From contig NIVC01000384.1 of NCBI GenBank assembly GCA_002269645.1, positions 248,001 through 312,000 on the forward strand: a DNA stretch of 64,000 nucleotides, written 5' to 3'. Below the pieces are notes generated by a model. The model searched no databases. It saw only the letters and a list, made by a program, of their open reading frames with translations, and was not told where the DNA came from. The DNA is from Macrostomum lignano (Eukaryota). Below are positions 44,801 through 57,075 of this stretch, piece by piece. The position numbers and the translations under genes were made by a program. Position 1 is the stretch's first letter, and each line of letters starts with the position of its first letter.

Positions 44801-46181
44801 AGAGACAAACGTGTAATTTAAAGAAAATTCAATACATTTGCTTAATTAAAATATGTTCAAGTTGAATACTAGATCCATGATCCATCGGTGTCAGTCTGAA
44901 TATTACAGAATTTGTAGGTTTCGCCATATTAAATTTTAGTAAAGATAAATAACCCAATTGGCATCGTTTCATTGCCATCAATAATAAACTCCGTTCGTTA
45001 TCAGTCCGTCAACGGGATATGTTGTCGATATATATATAAAAAATGGTTTAGGTACCGTATATTCCGTTTATATTAAATCAGGCAGATTCTTAGCACGTTA
45101 AATTAAGTAACTATAAACAGCCTCAATTTATAACAAAATGTTTCTTAAAAACAAAGAATATTTTGTGTATACTACAAACCAATAGAAATTTAACTCTAAA
45201 AAAACAAAAACTACAATTTTGTATGTTAAATAAACAAACAGTTTATCTTCGGTATTAATCGTTGTCAGAATACCCTTCGAAAAAACAAACAGCATTCTTT
45301 CTTGAAATTCAGGCCTACTTGTGGTTTTAAGTAGAAAAATTATTATATTATTGTTTAATCTTCAGAGGTAAAGCATTATTTTGCATGCCACAGAACTTTT
45401 ATTTTTTGTCAATTTTTTTACTTCTGTGTTTGAGATTTACCCCTCCACCCAATGATTTTGAGGTCTTTTAAATTTAAACTGAATAGGTCTATGCTCTTTA
45501 GACTATGGCTATGCAATCACATAAAAAATAATTTCCTAAGCTAATAATAAGCCCCTAATAAATTAAATATTTAATAAAAAAAAACAATTATACAAAACAC
45601 AATACACAATACAATACACAATTGTTTAGGCCTACACAATTCACAATTATACAATACACGTCATATCTAGGCTGCTTTAGTTGAGTGAGTGGCGTCTGCT
45701 GCCTTTTCATCTGCTGGCAGAAAAATGACTTTCTAAAAATAAAACCTAAATAAATGTTAAATAGATTGTTACATTTTATTAATATATTACAAGACATGTC
45801 AAGATTTATCATGATTAGAATAGATTATCCTTTAGGTGTAATTTTGTTTCTCAAAATATGTCAGAGAAATATGATAACTCTCTATATAATATTTAAAACA
45901 TCTGGTAAGAAGAGATTGTCACTGTGACGAATTTAGATCGATTAGTAATGGACGATATCGATGTTGCGTCGGATGTCGAGAGTTTATTTTAATCAATTCA
46001 AAATTGATTAACAACCTCGTATGTCTGATACTATAGATAGCAGCGAGCGTAGCGTAGTACTAGTAGTATTGTAATAAGACGGTACAGCATGAGCTAAGCG
46101 ATCGAGCAAGAAAAATATTTGAATACGTTTTATATTGAGGTGGGGGTGAAGAAAGAAAAATAAAATAAGGTAGGTGGGCCG

Positions 46182-46561
46182 GGGTCTCCCTAAAACACGC
46201 CCCGAACCGCCCTGCAGCGCTACACATTAAAACAAATTGGACTATAACTGAAGACAGTTCAGAATGCGTTTTCTGTTAAGCTTCAAAGTTTTTATTAAAT
46301 TTAGTTTTTTTTACTTTGAAATATAAAATTCGGTGAGTAATAAGTGATATTAATAATATTATTAATAAAAATAATAATAATTTCATTTAATAATGAGAAC
46401 GAGAATATAAAAAATAAAATAATATTTTAAATAATAATTCAAGATATTTATTCCATTACTCTTACAACAAATAGTTTTTCTTGCAATCAAATACTGCATT
46501 GACAAAAATGTTATAATGTGTAGCGGTTCGGGGCGGTGCGGTGCGTGTTTTAGGGAGACCC
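46182..46561. mobile_element. 380-bp Mutator-like MITE
   Basis: Imperfect TIRs of about 60 bp, with a perfect outer 19 bp (GGGTCTCCCTAAAACACGC/GCGTGTTTTAGGGAGACCC), an AT-rich core and a perfect 9-bp TSD GGTGGGCCG (46173-46181, 46562-46570). Confidence 0.88.
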
Positions 46562-47899
46562 GGTGGGCCGTCGGGTTTTGAAGTTGGGTTTCTTAGAAAA
46601 ACCGATCGGCGTCGCGTTCGCACGAATGAATCCGGAAAATCGTGCAGACGAATCGCAACAAAATTATTCTCCTGTTATACTCCGGCAGCCGGGTTCTCAA
46701 GTCCGGGGGAGGGTAGTCGTAATCGTAGCGGAGCGGTCGTTAGCGGCACGGTCGTTCAAATGGTAGACACCGAAGATTCTGGCGTCGTAGAATTAATGCG
46801 TTGATTTGTTGAGCTTATTACTTTCAGTAGGGTAGTTGCTGCCACCACCGTAATTTCGTATTACGGAACGAATGAAGTCTCAGAGCTTTCGTTAAGATGA
46901 GAACTTTGGTTGCTTTACGCCCCACGGCAAAAAACTTAAGATAAGCTATAGGCTTCTTATTAGTTAATGAAAAAGTACTATTGCTGAATATTAATTATTA
47001 TTATTATTAACTGAGTGTTTAAATATTTAGCAGGCAGGTAATAAATATTATGGTGCGACCAAAATGATTCGACGAACAGAGCCGGAAAATAGGAAGAAGC
47101 AGACGACGAGAACAACAACACCATTCCTCTCTCGCTTTTCCTCTCTCTTCAAAAACTGATTAGCAGCGCTTGAAGCATGCAATATAAATAGTTAGCATAA
47201 TTTACGCAGAAATTAACGAGGAAAAATAACAAAACAGGAGTGGGGAAACATTGATTCATAGGTGGGACATATTGGAGGAACAAAAATTGGGACAAAGGAC
47301 AACATACGGGAAAGTGACGAAATAAACAACTGTTGAAAAGAAAAATACGCAACATTTCCGGGAGTTGGGGCACGTAATTAATTCTCAGGAACTTAGTAAA
47401 TTAAACGCGAAAAAATTATTAAAGGAATTGCAAAATCGAAGTGGCAACCCGACTGCCACAATATACTGCAAGATATTTCTATGAACTATACGGTATAGTA
47501 TAACAAAAAATACGTTAACGCTAAATAAGAAAGTAAATTTAGGTGTAATGATGTAAAAAGAGATAAATATGCTGTACATGTACGACGCAGAATAAGAGTT
47601 TAGAAGCATGAAAGAAAGTGAAATCGTCACACTCACCATGAACGTGCGACCGAGAGAATGCTTGTATTTGTCAAAGTATCATAAGTATATATAGAAATAG
47701 AAAGTATGCATCCGTGCGAGGGGCGCTGAGCAATTGATCGCTGAGCAACATGCTGAGCAACATGCTGATCGCTGAGCAACATACAACGTACATGTACATG
47801 TACATGTACATGATTGTGGTTTGGGAATGATTGGGGGTGCGGGGGGAGCATACAATAAAATACAATTACGGCATCTCGATCTCTTTTAATTGGTGAAGC

Positions 47900-49290
47900 G
47901 ATCGATATTCCATCAGCGCAATTTCTGACTGATCGGCTTCCTCATGATGTTCTTCGCTACCTTCTTTGACTGCCTTCTCAGCCATCGATCCCGTTTGGAT
48001 TGCGCGTATCCCGGTGTCGTCCACGAAACCAAACTGTGAAACTTAAACGAGAGAATGGGGGACCATTAGCACTGACCAGTTCTTGGATGATCCCGAACCT
48101 GGCGAACATCGGACTGATTAAATGCGAGAAATTATCGACACCGATCGTCAGCTCCAAACGCCATTGACCCACGTTCCCATTGAAGTCCAGCAGATGACAG
48201 TCCATGCATGTTCCATGGTGTATTTGCAGAATCTGGTTCCTTCGGGTTGGCCGGCTGAAACGTCTGACGCGTGCTGCAGTGCTTCGTGAAGTTCTTAATG
48301 TCCGTTGACATACCAGCTGCAGCCAGTATAGAATTTGACGATCGAGCTCAGGCCTCCGTCTTGCCCACACCAGCATGCAAATGACCTTGTGTAAAAGTTG
48401 GATGCAGAATCTTCTGCCGCAAGGAGGCTGGAACAATAACGCGATCCAACTTCGTCGGTACGCCATCATATATATTGTAAGTCAAGTCCTCTTTGAATCT
48501 CCAATGGACGGACAGATAACCAACCTGAACAAACCGCGCGAACAGCGCGGGCTACAACATTCAAGTCAGAATATTTGCGGGTCTCGTCTCGGCCGGATTT
48601 CCTGCAAGCGAATGGCAGAAATCGGGAGGCTCAATTGCTCATCTGATGCAGCCTCGGCCTCCGAAAGGGGAAAGGTAAGCTCTTGAAAGCGTAACGGAAT
48701 CAGCATCTTAGATTCCGCTGCCCAGAATTACACTCGAATCGAGCTGTTCAGTATTCGAGCAACGCGTGGCGGAACATGCAACAATTAGTCACGCTTAAAA
48801 ATAACCTCCAAGGGGCTTGTGGTAGCTGTAGTCACTCGTACTACACTGGAAGGCCAAAAGTAGTCAGGAAATTTCTTGCAGGCAATATAACAGCAGCCAG
48901 CTAGCAGAGTCCTACTACTCAATTGCTGCTTCTCTTGACAGTCGAAAACACCTATGAGCAGTGCACGAAGAGGGTCAGTAGTGATGTCCGACGCATTCGG
49001 AATGAATCTTTCCCATCCTAGGTAGGTTGCCATTCCAAGCAGCCGCAACCACTAGCTGCCTGCTTATCGTCTGGAACCGGAAGCTCCAGATCTGGACTGA
49101 ACGAACACCGTCAGATGAAATGACCGACCGACATAACCGACATAGTTTACTGAAGAAACACCAACTTTCGGATTCTTGCGATTAAGCTTTTTAGATTCGA
49201 CTGACATGTCTCATTGAGCACACAGCTTGAGAAGCTTTTTATCGTTTCGTCCCCAAACAATTAAGTATATTGTGACGTCTTCCAATAAGA
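47900..49290 (-). pseudogene. Decayed Ty3/gypsy pol remnant (RT C-terminus/connection and integrase core)
   Basis: Minus-strand fragments RLLGMATYLG..FIPNASDIT.PLRALL (RT thumb/connection) and FARFGIIQELVSANGPPF (integrase, consensus FARFGIPEELVSDNGPQF). Many frameshifts and deletions. Confidence 0.75.
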
Positions 49291-50029
49291 CTATAACACA
49301 GAAAGCCGCAATTAATTGGGCAAAGTAAGAATTAAAAAAGTTCGACAAGACCGCGCTTAAATTTGCATCAGAGCAGAATTATTTACACGATTCATAATTT
49401 TTCGCGACAAAAGAAATATTATTTATTCGCGTAACATTTTATTTACGCAAAAGCCTACTTATAGTAGAGTAGTAAGAAAAAACTCTAATAAAAAACTAAA
49501 CTTGTTATTTTGTTAAACGGGCCTCTTTCTATAGGGCCTCTTTGTCACGACCAACACATCATCAAAAATTACCTCAGTCCAGCTACTGAATATTTTGCTT
49601 AGCTCACATTATGGTAAACTTCTGAAGCATCAATAGTTCCCGGGGCAGGCAGGTTAACTTTGAATAACGGTACAAAATTACCATTTCCATTAATTCGTTC
49701 ACTATAATCTTACATTGCTACTTGTAATAGTAAGCAATGCAACATACAAAGCTGGTACATAATGATGTGTTTCAGATTTATCAGACAAAAAAATCCACTA
49801 ACAAAACTCCAAGAGTAAACACAACACTCTACAGTTACATAGAAGTTCTGCAGCTGTGCAAACTTTTGGTAGGTAAAAAAATCCAATAATGAAGAATAAG
49901 AAATGTTTGCAGTTGAATGAAAACGTTGGATCCCAGGGATTAGCGATGTATATCTATACACAGAATCTGTGCTACATACATGTATAAAAGTTCTGTTTTT
50001 TTCATATACACGTATATAAGTTAACAGAT

Positions 50030-51137
50030 GTCCTACCCCTGATCTGTCTCACTCTACCCCTGATCTGTCTCACTCTACCCCTGATCTGTCTCACTCTACC
50101 CCTGATTTGTCTCACTCTACCCCTGATTTGTCTCACTCTACCCCTGATTTGTCTCACTCTACCCCTGATCTGTCTCACTCTACCCTTGATCTGTCTCACT
50201 CTACCCCTGATCTGTCTCACTCTACCCCTGATTTGTCTCACTCTACCCCTGATCTGTCTCACTCTACCCCTGATTTGTCTCACTCTACCCCCGATCTGTC
50301 TCACTCTACCCCTGATCTGTCTCACTCTACCCTTGATCTGTCTCACTCTACCCCCGATCTGTCTCACTCTACCCCTGATCTGTCTCACTCTACCCCTGAT
50401 TTGTCTCACTCTACCCCTGATCTGTCTCACTCTACCCCTGATTTGTCTCACTCTACCCCCGATCTGTCTCACTCTACCCCTGATCTGTCTCACTCTACCC
50501 TTGATCTGTCTCACTCTACCCCCGATCTGTCTCACTCTACCCTTGATCTGTCTCACTCTACCCCGGATCTGTCTCACTCTACCCCCGATCTGTCTCACTC
50601 TACCCCTGATCTGTCTCACTCTACCCTTGATCTGTCTCACTCTACCCCTGATCTGTCTCACTCTACCCCCGATCTGTCTCATTCTGCCCTTGATCTGTCT
50701 CACTCTACCCCCGATCTGTCTCACTCTACCCCTGATTTGTCTCACTCTACCCCTGATCTGTCTCACTCTACCCCTGATTTGTCTCACTCTACCCCTGATT
50801 TGTCTCACTCTACCCCTGATTTGTCTCACTCTACCCCGGATCTGTCTCACTCTACCCCGGATCTGTCTCATTCTACCCCCGATCTGTCTCACTCTACCCC
50901 TGATCTGTCTCATTCTACCCCTGATCTGTCTCACTCTACCCTTGATCTGTCTCACTCTACCCCCGATCTGTCTCACTCTACCCCTGATTTGTCTCACTCT
51001 ACCCCTGATTTGTCTCACTCTACCCCGGATCTGTCTCACTCTACCCCGGATCTGTCTCATTCTACCCCCGATCTGTCTCACTCTACCCCCGATCTGTCTC
51101 ACTCTACCCCTGATCTGTCTCATTCTACCCCTGATAC
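50030..51137. repeat. 21-bp minisatellite (CTGATCTGTCTCACTCTACCC)n, about 52 copies
   Basis: Tandem periodicity; gives the RVRQIRG ORFs. Confidence 0.95.
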
Positions 51138-51509
51138 TTTTTGCACTCGTTTCCTTTATCTTTCTAGGAACTCATTTCTGTTGACTAACCATGCAGTCAA
51201 TTGGTGCTGCCCACACGCCTCAGTCAAAGCGGCATGGTGTATCGAAAATTCTCACAGAGGTAGAGTTTTTGTATCTGAAGCAGATCTGCAAAAGAAGATA
51301 CGAACACCTACCTAGCTTGTGCTTTGATACACTAAGCGCTGAAAACTTCAACAGTAAATCGATCATCTCCGCCGTGTTAATTTTGAATCGAAGCACAGCG
51401 CAGATTGACGTCTTTGACTTGTACATGTAGCGTTGCCAGTGCTTATTGAAGCTGAAAATAAAATATAGAAACAACTTTTTAGGTTGACTGCTTGGGAGTT
51501 ACTAACGCC

Positions 51510-52508
51510 TCACAGCATCTCTACAGCATCACTACAGCACCTCTACAGCACCTCTACACGCCCCTACAGAACCTTTACAGCACTTTTACAGCACCTTTAC
51601 AGCACCTCCACACAGAACCTTTACAGCATCTCTACAAAACCTTTACAGCACCCCTAGAGAACCTCTAAAGCACCTTTACAGCACCTCTACAGCACCTTTA
51701 CAGCACCTCTACAGCACCTCTACAGCACCTCTACACGCCCCTTCAGAACCTTTAAAGCACCTCTACAGCACCTCTACAGCACCTTTACAGCACCTCTACA
51801 GCACCTCTACAGCACCTCTACACGCCCCTACAGAACCTCTACAGCACCATTACAGCACCTCCACACAGAACCTTTACAGCACCCTTACAAAACCTCTACA
51901 GCACCTCTACAGCACCTTTACAGCACCTCTACAGCACCTTTACAGCACCTCTACAGCACCTCTCTACAGCACTCCTAGAGAACCTTTACAGCACCCTAGA
52001 GAATCTTTACAGCACCCCTAGAGAACCTTTACAGCACCCCTAGAGAACCTTTACAGCACCCTAGAGAACCTTTACAGCACCCCTAGAGAACCTTTACAGC
52101 ACCCCTAGAGAACCTTTACAGCACCCCTAGAGAACCTTTACAGCACCCCTAGAGAACCTTTACAGCACCCCTAGAGAACCTTTACAGCACCCTAGAGAAT
52201 CTTTACAGCACCCCTAGAGAACCTTTAAAGCACCCCTAGAGAACCTTTACAGCACCCTAGAGAATCTTTACAGCACCCCTAGAGAACCTTTACAGCACCT
52301 CTATAGCACCTTTACAGCACCCCTAGAGAACCTTTACAGCACCCTAGAGAACCTTTACAGAGCCTTTACAGCACCCATAGAGAACCTTTACAGCACCCCT
52401 AGAGAACCTCTCTACAGCGCCCCTAGAGAACCTTTACAGCGCCCCTAGAGAACCTTTACAGCGCCCCTAGAGAACCTTTACAGCACCTCTATAGCACCTC
52501 TATAGCGC
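51510..52508. repeat. 11/22-bp CACCTTTACAG / CCCTAGAGAACCTTTACAGCAC minisatellite
   Basis: Tandem periodicity with a unit change along the array. Confidence 0.9.
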
Positions 52509-53159
52509 ATCCCAAACTCCCAAATGCATTCCCTGGCACCCCTATGACGCTTTCACAACAGATCAGCAATTGCACCTCCTCAACACTGATGCGGTGAAAT
52601 CAGGTAATATTTTATTTTTATATTGAAATCAGGCCATCTAAAAATTAAATTGTTTTGCAGCAAAAAATATAATTTGAAACACGAGCGCCACTTTGCTCCG
52701 GAAAATATTGATTTTCAACATTTCTAGAAGTCCAATAGAAGTCAATTTGGTTTATTAAAATTCTGGTTGAACAAGCCCAAAGTCTTGCATCAATAAGATT
52801 GAATAGGTCATAATTTATTGTTTTGGATGGTCAAAAATATCTTTATTGCTTATTTATAGCTTGGCAGAAACCTTCCGACCCATGGAGTCTCCACAAAAAA
52901 TACACTTTATTGCATTTTGTCTTCTGGTGTAATAATATAAAGATAAATTTCAAAATAAATTGAAGCATAACATCATTCAAATTTTGACGGGTTATGACAT
53001 ACGGGCTGAAAAAAATCTAATAAATCCGATCTGTAGCTAGCGGGTGCTCCCGAAATTTGCTTTGTTAAAATCGTGTCATTCTAAAAACGAGCAGCAGACT
53101 TTGTTGTCAAGCACTCGGCTGTGTTGCTTCTCGTCTCGCTTCAACCAGCTGTCAAGGTA

Positions 53160-53714
53160 TTAGAGACCATTGTTCACGTGATGACAGATCACTGCGCACC
53201 GACGCATGACGCATCGATAGCTCAGGCTGTTGTGCCGCCTGGCGCAGTCCCTGTTGGTGAAGCACTGGACACGAAGCACGAAGCAGTCACCGTTAGAGTG
53301 AAACAAAAATCGCTTGCTGATGGCAGGACCCTGCTGCTGCGGCTGGTTCTCCGACTGCTGCAGGTTGCGGGCTCTGGGGTCAATGCTGAGCCACTCGAGT
53401 GCTGGGTTGGGGTCCTCATCCACTGCGCGGTTGGTTGGTTGGTTGGTTGGTTGGTTGGTTGGTTGGTTGGTTGGTTGGTTGGTTGGTTGGTTGGTTGGTT
53501 GGTTGGTTGGTTGGTTGGTTGGTTGGTTGGTTGGTTGGTTGGTTGGTTGGTTGGTTGGTTGGTTGGTTGGTTGGTTGGTTGGTTGGTTGGTTGGTTGGTT
53601 GGTTTGTTGATAAAAAGACTTACCCAGTCCAACGTGAAAGCCGCCAACAAAGACTATTGGGCCAATGCCAGCTACTAGAATCGCAAGCAGAGCAGTTCTC
53701 AGTTGAGTGTGCAT
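53160..53714 (-). CDS. Two-exon gene for a 117-aa secreted Cys-rich prepropeptide
   Basis: Exon 1 is 53714-53624 (ATG, hydrophobic signal-like [24 protein letters not shown], donor G|GTAAGT). Exon 2 is 53422-53160 (acceptor CGCAG|TG, phase 1 matches). An acidic/Gln propeptide is followed by a KR site and a 49-aa tail with 6 Cys. Confidence 0.7.
   Translation of the reverse strand: MHTQLRTALLAILVAGIGPIVFVGGFHVGLGKSFYQQTNQPTNQPTNQPTNQPTNQPTNQPTNQPTNQPTNQPTNQPTNQPTNQPTNQPTNQPTNRAVDEDPNPALEWLSIDPRARNLQQSENQPQQQGPAISKRFLFHSNGDCFVLRVQCFTNRDCARRHNSLSYRCVMRRCAVICHHVNNGL
53429..53603. repeat. (TTGG)n microsatellite making up most of the 201-bp intron
   Basis: Perfect tetranucleotide run. Confidence 0.95.
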
Positions 53715-54014
53715 ATTAAAAACTAATAATTCTGTCTAAGGCTGTTGGTCCTGCCGCCTTGAACTAGTCAGTGACTTGCATTGGCCCCCTGCTCATCCTT
53801 ATTTAACCATTCGCTATCTGGAATTTTCCCTCTTGATTCGGAGGTTCAACCTGATTGGCTGGCAGCAAGCTGGGGCTTGCGTTCTCTCATGTCTTCTATT
53901 GGATCAGAAATACTTACTGAACTTTTCAGTGCAGAATTGTGAAGCATGAATTCTTTTGGATAATAGTTTAATAAGGTAAAGAAAGAAAAATGTTAGATTG
54001 GTGTGAACTATTTC

Positions 54015-54657
54015 AGATGCACAGGGGATCAGATAGATGCACAGGGGATCAGATAGATGCACAGGGGATCAGATAGATGCACAGGGGATCAGATAGATGC
54101 ATAGGGGATCAGATAGATGCACAGGGGATCAGATAGATGCACAGGGGATCAGATAGATGCACAGGGGATCAGATAGATGCATAGGGGATCAGATAGATGC
54201 ATAGGGGATCAGATAGATGCACAGGGGATCAGATAGATGCACAGGGGATCAGATAGATGCACAGGGGATCAGATAGATGCATTGGGGATCAGATAGATGC
54301 ACAGGAGATCAGATAGATGCACAGGGGATCAGATAGATGCACAGGAGATCAGATAGATGCACAGGGGATCAGATAGATGCACAGGGCATCAGATAGATGC
54401 ACAGGGCATCAGATAGATGCACAGGGGATCAGATAGATGCACAGGGGATAAGATAGATGCACAGGGGATCAGATAGATGCACAGGGCATCAGATAGATGC
54501 ACAGGGATCAGATAGATGCACAGGGATCAGATAGATGCACAGGAGATCAGATAGATGCACAGGAGATCAGATAGATGCACAGGAGATCAGATAGATGCAC
54601 AGGGGATCAGATAGATGCACAGGGGATCAGATAGATGCACAGGAGACGATATAGATG
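54015..54657. repeat. 20-bp minisatellite (GATGCACAGGGGATCAGATA)n, about 32 copies
   Basis: Tandem periodicity. Confidence 0.95.
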
Positions 54658-55344
54658 TAAATGAGATTCGATAGAAGGATAGGAAGACTTATAGACAGGC
54701 AAGTTTAAGTACAAGTCAACATTTAAAAAAATATCAACATCATAGACAACCGCCTACCCCATACCGGTACAGCCTCCCACTCTTCATCGGAGCCGATTCC
54801 AAAGGATGTCCAAAATAAGGGTTAAAGATGTTTCTGCTGGCAGGACTGGGCCCACACTCACTTGAGCTGAAGAGAACCAACGACTATTGGTGAGTATAAG
54901 ACACAAAATTTTCAAGCAAACAGCCCTGCTGGATAATGTCGGCTTGCATGCGGGCTGCATGTGTTTATGGATAGCAAGGGGGCTGGAGGGCGAGGCGGTG
55001 GGGATCGATCTGAGGCGGACCGGGTAGCTATTAGTTAATTGACAAATTTTAGATAAACAGACTGGCTAGTTTGTTTTTGGCGTCAATGCTGGTATTTTTT
55101 ATGCTTGTGTAAACAGAAGAGAAATGTCATACGTTTTAGATAGGAATTAGGGAAGGGTAAAGACAGATAGAAAGAGAGGGGAGAGACAAGTAAAAGAGGG
55201 GAGAGACAGGTAAGAGAGGGGAGAGACAGGTAAGAGAGGGGAGAGACAGGTAAGAGAGGGGAGAGACAGGAAAGACAGGGGACAGAGTAAGAGAGGGAAG
55301 AGGAGAGACAGGTGATAGAGGAGAGAGAGATGGGTGATGGATAG

Positions 55345-57075
<1,731 letters not shown>

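Noticed and set aside
54776-54895. Exon-like segment with GTGAGT donors on both strands
   Set aside because: All three plus-strand frames contain stops and no partner exon was identified.
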